A stretch of 64,000 nt of DNA from a virus: IMG/VR virus record IMGVR_UViG_3300009068_004979. One strand, given 5' to 3'. The notes under the pieces are model-generated. The model had not been told where the DNA came from, did not search any database, and was given only the letters and a program-made list of their open reading frames with translations. Numbering within the stretch: the first letter of the stretch is position 1; each line of letters opens with the position of its first letter. The position numbers and the translations under genes were made by a program. Shown here one piece after another: positions 1 through 7,425 of this stretch.

Positions 1-623
1 ATTTTTTCCATACCTGCATTAACTAGCTTAAGTGCTTTCTTAGATGCAAACAATTTAGTTTTAAATGTGGACAGGTTGTTAATCAATTCATCACCAAGTG
101 TAAATCTCAAGATCTCTCTATTTGTCTGTTTAATTTTTGATTCAAAATCCGGAAAGCCAAATAAACAAAATATATTAATTTTATGTTCTTTTAAATGCAG
201 TATAAATGCATTGGTGTTGCCAATCTGATGGCTTGTGTAATTTTTTATCTCTATATTATTTTGCTTGCAGTATTGCAGAATAAATTTGAGTGAGTTTTTA
301 ATATTCTCTAGCTGCTCAGTATTGTCGGGATCTTGGAAAGCTTTTTTCTTTTGATATAAGGTATATGCTTTTGTGGCTTTCATGGTTGTGAAGTAATCCA
401 AGCCAAAATATTTTTCGTCAGGGTATATTCTATATGGTGCAGCAAAATATTCTTCCATACTAACATGCGGGAACTTCTTAAAAAACAAATTTAGTTTCTT
501 AATACAAATAAAGTCTTTATCTTTTATACTATCAAAGTTTTTTCTAAATTTATATGGCAATTTATTTTCAGACCGGGAAACTTTGAGATAGGTATTGTAA
601 ATTAATTTCTCGTAATTATTCAC
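1..623 (-). CDS. Partial ORF running off the left edge; possibly gp59-like helicase loader
   Basis: Manually translated from GTG at 623: MNNYEKLIYNTYLKVSRSENKLPYKFRKNF..., open to the window edge; basic/aromatic, downstream of gp41; TATCAT box 8 nt upstream. The gp59 call rests on weak resemblance and context only. Confidence 0.45.
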   Translation of the reverse strand, partial: MNNYEKLIYNTYLKVSRSENKLPYKFRKNFDSIKDKDFICIKKLNLFFKKFPHVSMEEYFAAPYRIYPDEKYFGLDYFTTMKATKAYTLYQKKKAFQDPDNTEQLENIKNSLKFILQYCKQNNIEIKNYTSHQIGNTNAFILHLKEHKINIFCLFGFPDFESKIKQTNREILRFTLGDELINNLSTFKTKLFASKKALKLVNAGMEK

Positions 624-645
624 TACAGAGAATGATAACTACAAA

Positions 646-852
646 TCAATAGAATTTCCACTTTTTATGCCGTATCTGTTTTTTATGCTTGCGAAGTGCG
701 CTTGGTTTAAGATGACATCTTTTGAGTCTAAGTGTTTCCATCACTTCTGATCTTTGTACTTCTCTAGAGAATTTAGTTAACATTTTTTCAAAGTATGCTT
801 TATCCATACATTTCTTCTTATCTAGCTTTATTTCCACATTAGTATAATTCAT
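646..852 (-). CDS. rpsU: Phage-encoded 30S ribosomal protein bS21
   Basis: 68 aa, basic; VEIKL...FEKMLTKFSREVQRSEVMETLRLKRCHLKPSALRKHKK matches the bS21 pattern (F/LxxxLxxFxxxV...xxR...KPS...RxxKK). Confidence 0.8.
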   Translation of the reverse strand: MNYTNVEIKLDKKKCMDKAYFEKMLTKFSREVQRSEVMETLRLKRCHLKPSALRKHKKQIRHKKWKFY

Positions 853-1133
853 AGTTGTATCTTGTTCTTGTTATTATTTAAGAATTTCATAACATATTTA
901 CTCTTATACAAGCTAGAATCAAAATGTAAAAACGTTTTAACCACCATAAAGTCGTTTTTCAGGTGACAATGTGTTTTCAAGACTTCGCGTAATTTCTTAT
1001 TTTGTAATGTGAGTAAGAAGACGTTGGCTAAATTAAGTTTCTTTGTATTAGTAAGTGTAACAAAAGAGCAGAAAGACATGAATAAATGATTTAATTCATA
1101 ATCCATAATTGTTTCCGATGGATCAAATTTCAT
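849..1133 (-). CDS. Hypothetical protein
   Basis: 94-aa ORF overlapping both neighbours (translational coupling). Confidence 0.6.
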   Translation of the reverse strand: MKFDPSETIMDYELNHLFMSFCSFVTLTNTKKLNLANVFLLTLQNKKLREVLKTHCHLKNDFMVVKTFLHFDSSLYKSKYVMKFLNNNKNKIQL

Positions 1134-1456
1134 TAAAGTTTTTTAAGAACCTTGGAGATTTTAATGAAATTTTCATTGACTTTACCAACTGCAATATTCT
1201 CTACACCGCCTCCTTCAAAAAGTTTAGATGCAAGATTACCTGCATGCAGGCTGCAGTTGGATGTTTTTATGAAAAGAATTTTTTTAACAAGATCTACAAC
1301 TAAAGCAATATTGCATTGTAAAAAACTTATGAGATTATTAGCGGTTTCATCATATCTATCGCTTGCAAAAGTACTGGCAACTTTATGAGGAGTCTTATTT
1401 GCACCAAGCGGTATAACTCCTTGAAATATATCTTTTTTATTAGAGTACTCGTCCAC
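1133..1456 (-). CDS. Stand-alone degenerate DHHA1-like domain protein
   Basis: LASKLFEGGGVENIAVG resembles the DHHA1 GGGHxxAAG motif with the His lost; no DHH catalytic domain. Confidence 0.45.
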   Translation of the reverse strand: MDEYSNKKDIFQGVIPLGANKTPHKVASTFASDRYDETANNLISFLQCNIALVVDLVKKILFIKTSNCSLHAGNLASKLFEGGGVENIAVGKVNENFIKISKVLKKL

Positions 1457-1488
1457 ATAAACATTTATGTGCGAATCAAATAAGTCAA

Positions 1489-2814
1489 CTAATTCAGCGA
1501 AAGATTAGCGAGAGTATTGACTGTAGAAGTACTAGCTTCAGTATCGTTGAGATGCTCATCCTCTGTAATAGTGAGTGTAGAATAATCTATTCTCATTATA
1601 CAGTGACCGAAATTAGCGCCAAATCTATTCTTCATCATGCCGAGTTTTATCACACCGAGCTCTCTATCCGTTTCTTCCTGCCAAATACTCATAATTACGT
1701 CAGCCGTTGCAGCAAGACCCATGCTCTCAGAGATAGTATTCAGACCGGGCTCAACTGCATCATACCCGCTTCGATTGAGCTGGGTTGCAGAAACAATAGG
1801 CACATTAAACACATAACTCAAAGCTCTAAGCTGCTCTGTGCAATATTTGATGCGTTCATAAATATTATTGCCATGAGATGTGTGTAGAAGATTAATATAA
1901 TCAACAACTATAGCATCTAACTTAACGCCTTTATTTATTACCTTTTTAATAAATGCACGAAGGTGGTTGCATGTAATTGTGCTTGGAGGAAATTCTTTTA
2001 TAATAATCTTACTGTCCGGATTTTCTTTTGCGAATTCATCAATTTGGTTCTTGAGGGTAATAGATTCTGATTTTAAATGGCTTAACGGTATCTTTGTGAC
2101 ATTAGTAGCAATTCGACGAGCATATATCATTTCAGGCATTTCAAGTGTTACTAGTAATACTGTTTTGCCTTGACTAGCTATATTAGCAGCAATATTGCCC
2201 AGAAAAATACTCTTACCTATATTTGTTTCACCTGCAAAAACATAAAGCGCTCTTCCATTCTGAAGCAAACCACCGCCAATACGATCATCCATCCACTTCC
2301 ATTTGGTTGGTATGTATGGCTCTGTACTGTTAAGATCTGCAACAATTTTATCGATATCAGCAATTAAATCTGTGCCCGTATCAGTTGCCAGAGAAAGGCT
2401 GCAAGCTTTTTCAAATTTATTGAGAATTGCTGATGTGTCTAGAGGCTTTTTATTAATATCCTCTACTGTTTCCATCATGGTATGGTAGACCGCTTTTTGT
2501 TTTAAAAATGATTCTGTATTGTCAAGTAGCTCGTCGTTGTTAAGGTTTTTATCTATACCTGCAAACCCGCTCACAACATTCTTAAAACTAACCTTCAGTT
2601 CATCTGTTGTAAGATACGCTTTTATTTCTGTTGTAGTGGGTCTTGTATTTCTTGACTCAAAGAAGTCGCGAATGATCTTAAAGATTGACTTTATATCCTT
2701 GTTCTTAAAGTAAAGTGGCTTTATATAGTCAATAATTGCAGCAAGATAAGTGTCATCCGTAAGGCACTTGTATGCAATTACAGATTCAAAATAATCTAGA
2801 TCTAGTTTTGACAT
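1489..2814 (-). CDS. 41: Replicative DnaB-like helicase (T4 gp41-like)
   Basis: Walker A GETNIGKS, TLEM, VVDYINLL, SATQLNR, SESMG, KNRFG motifs. Confidence 0.95.
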   Translation of the reverse strand: MSKLDLDYFESVIAYKCLTDDTYLAAIIDYIKPLYFKNKDIKSIFKIIRDFFESRNTRPTTTEIKAYLTTDELKVSFKNVVSGFAGIDKNLNNDELLDNTESFLKQKAVYHTMMETVEDINKKPLDTSAILNKFEKACSLSLATDTGTDLIADIDKIVADLNSTEPYIPTKWKWMDDRIGGGLLQNGRALYVFAGETNIGKSIFLGNIAANIASQGKTVLLVTLEMPEMIYARRIATNVTKIPLSHLKSESITLKNQIDEFAKENPDSKIIIKEFPPSTITCNHLRAFIKKVINKGVKLDAIVVDYINLLHTSHGNNIYERIKYCTEQLRALSYVFNVPIVSATQLNRSGYDAVEPGLNTISESMGLAATADVIMSIWQEETDRELGVIKLGMMKNRFGANFGHCIMRIDYSTLTITEDEHLNDTEASTSTVNTLANLSLN

Positions 2815-2821
2815 TCACTTA

Positions 2822-2849
2822 ATAGTAATATACTTTTAACAATAATCAA
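2822..2849 (-). promoter_or_regulatory. Sigma70-like promoter for gp41
   Basis: TTGATT-N16-TACTAT, 7 nt from ATG. Confidence 0.65.
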
Positions 2850-3538
2850 TAATTACTATATTCTTCAAGAAATTTTGTCTGACTATCTACAAAAAGCTTA
2901 TCACTAGGGTTTAACAGGCCAGGTGAACGATGAATAACCCATATAGGGTAGACGCCTAATTTAAGTTTCTTTTTATTGGCATCAAGGCAGCTTGCAATAT
3001 CGTAGTGATGAAATGTATAATTTTCATTAAATCGCCATCCAGTTTTTTGTATGGCTTTAGTACTAACGCTTAAAAATAAGCCATCCAGAACAGCAACTCT
3101 ATCTGGTGTAACACCAAAATTGGTCATGAACAGTTGATCGTTATTAGCATAATGTGCAACAGATCCTCGTAAATTACCACCATGAAAACTACCGCACATG
3201 AGATGCCACAGCGCGGGATTTTTAATCGTAGGATTTATGCCGCCGGCTAGGCCCACAATATCATAGAGCTCGTGAGCTTTGGTGAGCTTATTGCAGATGT
3301 TAAAATCATCTACGAAAACATCGTCATGTATAAAAAGAATATAATCATATGCATTACTAAACCTATCAAGAATTTTATTGTAATTTTCACTCAGACCCTT
3401 TGTATTATTAGTGTCGTGATAGATATGAAAACTTGTAACTTGATTCGCAACACTCTCTTGTATTTTAATTAGAGATTGATACGCGAGTGTTTCGCTTTCA
3501 TGTTTACTTCTAGTACAAAAGTAAGTAGCAAGCTTCAT
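2846..3538 (-). CDS. Glycosyltransferase-like protein (GT-A fold, family 2-like)
   Basis: YILFIHDDVFVDD (DxD), VGLAG, LDGLFL, FHHYDIASCL motifs. Confidence 0.75.
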   Translation of the reverse strand: MKLATYFCTRSKHESETLAYQSLIKIQESVANQVTSFHIYHDTNNTKGLSENYNKILDRFSNAYDYILFIHDDVFVDDFNICNKLTKAHELYDIVGLAGGINPTIKNPALWHLMCGSFHGGNLRGSVAHYANNDQLFMTNFGVTPDRVAVLDGLFLSVSTKAIQKTGWRFNENYTFHHYDIASCLDANKKKLKLGVYPIWVIHRSPGLLNPSDKLFVDSQTKFLEEYSNY

Positions 3539-4218
3539 ACAAAAAAAGGTGAATTTGGTCTGAAGCTACCAACAGATGTTACCCCTTCGCTCGTTAACAA
3601 GTACAGGTAGCCTTCATCAAGAGCAGTAAGCCCTTTAATTTTAGTAGATGAGAAATCATTTGTAATAAAATCTGCAAACACAGTACTGCCCGACCGAGCA
3701 AGGTATGTGTTGTGAGATTTTTCATTGAAGATCCATAGTCCAAATGTTCCTTCCAGTTTTTCAAGCGTCAGGCAAATCGACTTAATTTCATTTCTTATGC
3801 TCTGGTGTTTCTGTGCTATTAATGCTGGTATAACTGATGTGTCTACCTCGTTATAGGTCTTGCTGCTTTTAACAAGCTTTTTTAGCTCAAGATGATTAGA
3901 TATTACCCCATTATGAGCTACTACCCATCCGTCACAGCTGAATGGATGTGATGTAGCGTGTGTAAATGTTCTTTTTTTAGAAGTAGGTGCTTGTGTGTGC
4001 CCGAGATAATAATCAAAGTCTGCAAAGCTTCTTCTTTTATTTTTACCATATTCAAATTGAAGGCCTTTGTTTAATTTCGCTATTCCAGGAGCTTTTATAA
4101 TAGCATGTATCTTCTTGGCCATGAACAAGCCCCCAAACGCAAAATCACCGCGCTTTCTATTTTTTACATAGAGACTTGTATATTGCTTTAAATCCTTAGA
4201 GCCAAATATGCCACACAT
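3535..4218 (-). CDS. Class II (Ntn) glutamine amidotransferase
   Basis: MCGIFG N-terminus (Cys2 nucleophile), GHTQAPT, HPF, AHNGVI, VDTS. Confidence 0.9.
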   Translation of the reverse strand: MCGIFGSKDLKQYTSLYVKNRKRGDFAFGGLFMAKKIHAIIKAPGIAKLNKGLQFEYGKNKRRSFADFDYYLGHTQAPTSKKRTFTHATSHPFSCDGWVVAHNGVISNHLELKKLVKSSKTYNEVDTSVIPALIAQKHQSIRNEIKSICLTLEKLEGTFGLWIFNEKSHNTYLARSGSTVFADFITNDFSSTKIKGLTALDEGYLYLLTSEGVTSVGSFRPNSPFFV

Positions 4219-4225
4219 TTATATT

Positions 4226-4254
4226 ATTATAGTATAGAAGCATAAATATTTCAA
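4226..4254 (-). promoter_or_regulatory. Sigma70-like promoter for the amidotransferase, overlapping a divergent late promoter (TAAATA 4243-4248, +)
   Basis: TTGAAA-N17-TATAAT, 7 nt from ATG. Confidence 0.6.
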
Positions 4255-4255
4255 G

Positions 4256-5125
4256 ATGAATAATGATTCTAATTTAATTTTTGAAGCATACATGAATCAT
4301 CGGAAAATGCTCAATGAAGCTCCGCCTTCATATGCAGTAGGCGATTTAAATATTTCAGAGCCTGCATTAAAATCTGCCCCAGGTGGAGGCTATGGCTTGA
4401 AGAAAGCAGCAGCTAAAGCAGGCAAATCAATGAAAGAAGTCACAGATGAGCTTGTTAAAAAAATACAGTCAACCCTCTTTAAGTCTGAAACACATACTGT
4501 TGATGGTATTGAGTACAATTTATTTTACCCAGGTAATGAAATGAAACTTCGTAACGATCTACATAATCTGGTTCAAAAGGAGCTAGGACTAGGTAAAACC
4601 GAAGCTGGTTATACAGCACGCATTATTCGTAACATGCTTAACATTGTTGTTAAAGATGAATCCACCGGTGGTATAGCAGTACAAGCAGATAAAGTAACAC
4701 CGGCAGTAAAAGCAGCAGTAGCAAAGCAACCTAAAACAGAAACAGTTTATGAAATAGATAAAAGCATAAAGACTGATAGAGATCTTAGAGGTCTTGTTCT
4801 TTCATTACCTGATGAAGATGTGCATGAAAAAGAAATTCTTAGTACATTAAAGACAGCTATAAAAGAGTATAATGACACCCCTGGCTTGGAAAAAGCAAAC
4901 CAAATTAAGCTCAAATCATATGACTTGCTCGACAAGCTTGTGCAGCTTGGTGTACTGAAGACAAAGCAAGCAGAAGTACAGCCAAAAGAAGGTGAAGGTT
5001 CTGGTGAAGCAGAAACAATTGATGAATACCCAGAAAATGATCCTGTGAGTTCAGTAGCTAGAGAGCTTGGTTATATTGGACGCGGTCGTGGGGTTGACGC
5101 AGGCGGGTTTAGTTACAACGACTAA
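4256..5125 (+). CDS. Hypothetical late protein, putative internal head protein
   Basis: TAAATA 7 nt upstream; N-terminus MNNDSNLIFEAY...MLNE resembles a capsid-targeting leader with a cleavage Glu. Confidence 0.6.
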   Translation: MNNDSNLIFEAYMNHRKMLNEAPPSYAVGDLNISEPALKSAPGGGYGLKKAAAKAGKSMKEVTDELVKKIQSTLFKSETHTVDGIEYNLFYPGNEMKLRNDLHNLVQKELGLGKTEAGYTARIIRNMLNIVVKDESTGGIAVQADKVTPAVKAAVAKQPKTETVYEIDKSIKTDRDLRGLVLSLPDEDVHEKEILSTLKTAIKEYNDTPGLEKANQIKLKSYDLLDKLVQLGVLKTKQAEVQPKEGEGSGEAETIDEYPENDPVSSVARELGYIGRGRGVDAGGFSYND

Positions 5126-5864
5126 TTGACTTGCAACTGTATTTCTTCCAGGGAATATCTCTACTATAAGTTACCGGATCAATAATTCCTGCATCTAGAA
5201 ATCCTTTTATTCTCAATGAGCAAGCTGTGCATTCGCCACAAGCTGTCTCCTTGCTCTCGTAGCACGTCCATGTATTGCCAAAATTGACTCCAAGCTTTAA
5301 TCCTGTTTTAATAATTTCTGTTTTAGACTTATCAATAAGAGGTGCATCAATTTTAATAATTTTTCTTCTATTGAGTCTGGCCACATCATTAATTGAATCG
5401 AGAAATTCAGGGCTGCCATCCCAGAAGCCGGCTACACTATCAGCCTGTGCGGCTCCGTGATAAACAGTATTTGCACCTGTACTTTCTGCTATAGCAAGTG
5501 AGATGCTCAACAGCATCAGGTTACGGAAGGGGACATAATTAACAGTTTGAGGATCGCCCATTACATCTTTAGCTTTTGCTACGGCAATATTGTTGTTTGT
5601 TAAAGAGGATGTCTGGCAGACGTCCTTGAAGAATGGTATGTTAATGGTTCTATAATCAGGTGCAACTTTAAGCGATTCTATTTGTAGTGTAGCGCATAGT
5701 AATTCTTTATCTCTATGCTTCTGGCCATAGTTAAAGCTTACTGCTATAATTTCATCAAATTTACTTGCAGCTAGATGCAGAAGAACGGAACTGTCCATTC
5801 CACCACTAACAGGAACAACAACCTTATTCGACTGGAGCTTCTTCTTGGCTTTGCTCATTTGCAT
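5109..5864 (-). CDS. queC: 7-cyano-7-deazaguanine synthase QueC
   Basis: SGGMDS, FNYGQKH, YVPFRN, TWTCY...CGECTACSLR zinc motif. Confidence 0.95.
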   Translation of the reverse strand: MQMSKAKKKLQSNKVVVPVSGGMDSSVLLHLAASKFDEIIAVSFNYGQKHRDKELLCATLQIESLKVAPDYRTINIPFFKDVCQTSSLTNNNIAVAKAKDVMGDPQTVNYVPFRNLMLLSISLAIAESTGANTVYHGAAQADSVAGFWDGSPEFLDSINDVARLNRRKIIKIDAPLIDKSKTEIIKTGLKLGVNFGNTWTCYESKETACGECTACSLRIKGFLDAGIIDPVTYSRDIPWKKYSCKSISRCN

Positions 5865-6942
5865 TATACTTGTAATCTGATTCTAGCATCTTATCAAGTT
5901 CAGGAATAATAAACTCTTCATAAAATGCAGGATCTTTTGCAAAATTCTTTGCATATCCGAGCTTATCACCTTTCTTATACTTACCACTATTCATTCCTAC
6001 TGTGTATGTGGCGCCGCTTTGCTCAACAATGCCGCGCGAAGATGCCATGGCAAGAAGACCGCTGTATTTGTTAAGTCCTGATTTGAAAGATAGATACATT
6101 TCGGCTTCAAGGAATGGTGGAATGAATCTATTTTTTACTGTAAGAGCCCGGAGAGTTACACCACTATATTTGTTAGCTTCTGCAATCTTCTTCTCTTCAG
6201 CAAACAGTGTATCGCCTTCACCTTCTTTTTCATTACGCTTAGCCAACTGCACTAGTATACTAGCCATATAAACCGGGCCTGAACCACCTGCCTGACTTTT
6301 TACAAGACTCGGATACATGGAGGCAGGATCTTCATATGTATGATTGGTAAATAAGATAGTAACTCCAGCTTTTGCAGCTTTAAATGTAAGCGTTCTGAAC
6401 AAGCTCTTGAGCGACTTTGCTCTTAATCCCATGTCAGATGCGCTCTTATCCTTGGCAACGTCATCAAGTTCTTTTTGTGAGGCAAGGTTGCCTAAGCTAT
6501 CAATACTAATGATGAACTTACCTTTCGCATTATTTTCAATGACGCTATCTAGAAATGCACCGATCTGGTTGCGGCATTGATCAATGGTATCAACAGGAAC
6601 ATACTTGGTTTTTTCAGCATCTAAACCAACACCTTTGGTGCTGTTTTCATCAATGGCAATTTCAGTATCAAAAATTACCGGGAACATACCTTGCTTCTGT
6701 GCACTAGCAAGAATCTTGTTAACAATATATGTTTTACCGGTCTGACTAGGTCCTGAAAAACCAATGATACGGCCCTTGGGTACACCGCCGTTTTTGCAAC
6801 TGCCACCAAGAATGGCATTTAAAGCGTAACACCCTGTATCAAACCACGTATCAACTTTACTAAGAGCATTTTCATTGAGAAATGATGCTTCAGAATTTAA
6901 ATTATCTAACGTTGCAAATATTTTATTAAGGTCTTTACTCAT
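5824..6942 (-). CDS. uvsX: RecA-like recombinase UvsX
   Basis: DTGCYALN, GPSQTGKT, FDTE, IDSLGNL, TNHTY, GGSG, KNRF. Confidence 0.93.
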   Translation of the reverse strand: MSKDLNKIFATLDNLNSEASFLNENALSKVDTWFDTGCYALNAILGGSCKNGGVPKGRIIGFSGPSQTGKTYIVNKILASAQKQGMFPVIFDTEIAIDENSTKGVGLDAEKTKYVPVDTIDQCRNQIGAFLDSVIENNAKGKFIISIDSLGNLASQKELDDVAKDKSASDMGLRAKSLKSLFRTLTFKAAKAGVTILFTNHTYEDPASMYPSLVKSQAGGSGPVYMASILVQLAKRNEKEGEGDTLFAEEKKIAEANKYSGVTLRALTVKNRFIPPFLEAEMYLSFKSGLNKYSGLLAMASSRGIVEQSGATYTVGMNSGKYKKGDKLGYAKNFAKDPAFYEEFIIPELDKMLESDYKYNANEQSQEEAPVE

Positions 6943-6948
6943 ACCACT

Positions 6949-6976
6949 ATGATAAATTATAAATTAAAATAATCAA
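6949..6976 (-). promoter_or_regulatory. Sigma70-like promoter for uvsX-queC
   Basis: TTGATT-N16-TATCAT, 6 nt from ATG. Confidence 0.7.
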
Positions 6977-6978
6977 TA

Positions 6979-7014
6979 AAAAAAGGGATAATACCGAAAT
7001 ATTATCCCTTTTTT
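6979..7014. terminator. Intrinsic (potentially bidirectional) terminator
   Basis: AAAAAAGGGATAATA-ccgaaa-TATTATCCCTTTTTT perfect 15-bp inverted repeat just after the 7031-7390 stop. Confidence 0.85.
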
Positions 7015-7030
7015 ATTAATGAAGCAACGA

Positions 7031-7390
7031 TTACTCGTCAAATAGCTTAATTGTTTTTTCGCCTTGAGCAGCAGGTGTAACTGCAGAGGCAGCAATAAAC
7101 AGTTTATTATATTGATCAACGAGACGTGGGTCGTTGTCAATATCAACACCGATAACAATATTATTGAGATTGAATTTCCAAACAGTGCCTTCATTTTTGG
7201 CCTTTTCACCAACAAACTCTCTAAAAAATAGAGGAATTGTCTGAACGTTTAGCTGGCCTTGCTGCGTTGGCTGCACGTGAATAATAGCGGGATTCTTAAC
7301 AGTAAGAAACTTTTCGTCAGAAGAGATAAGTTCTGCGAGAATAGTTCTACCGATGTGATCAATAAATGTAACGATGTTCTGTTTGCTCAT
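7031..7390 (-). CDS. Conserved hypothetical phage protein (small beta-rich)
   Basis: 119-aa ORF between gp43 and uvsX, followed by a terminator. Confidence 0.7.
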   Translation of the reverse strand: MSKQNIVTFIDHIGRTILAELISSDEKFLTVKNPAIIHVQPTQQGQLNVQTIPLFFREFVGEKAKNEGTVWKFNLNNIVIGVDIDNDPRLVDQYNKLFIAASAVTPAAQGEKTIKLFDE

Positions 7391-7425
7391 ATGTTTTATA
7401 TTATAATATGTTTATTAGAAATCAA

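Noticed and set aside
3535-5864. QatABCD-type anti-phage system (QueC + amidotransferase)
   Set aside because: No adjacent KAP ATPase or TatD; QueC looks canonical and the full que pathway is present
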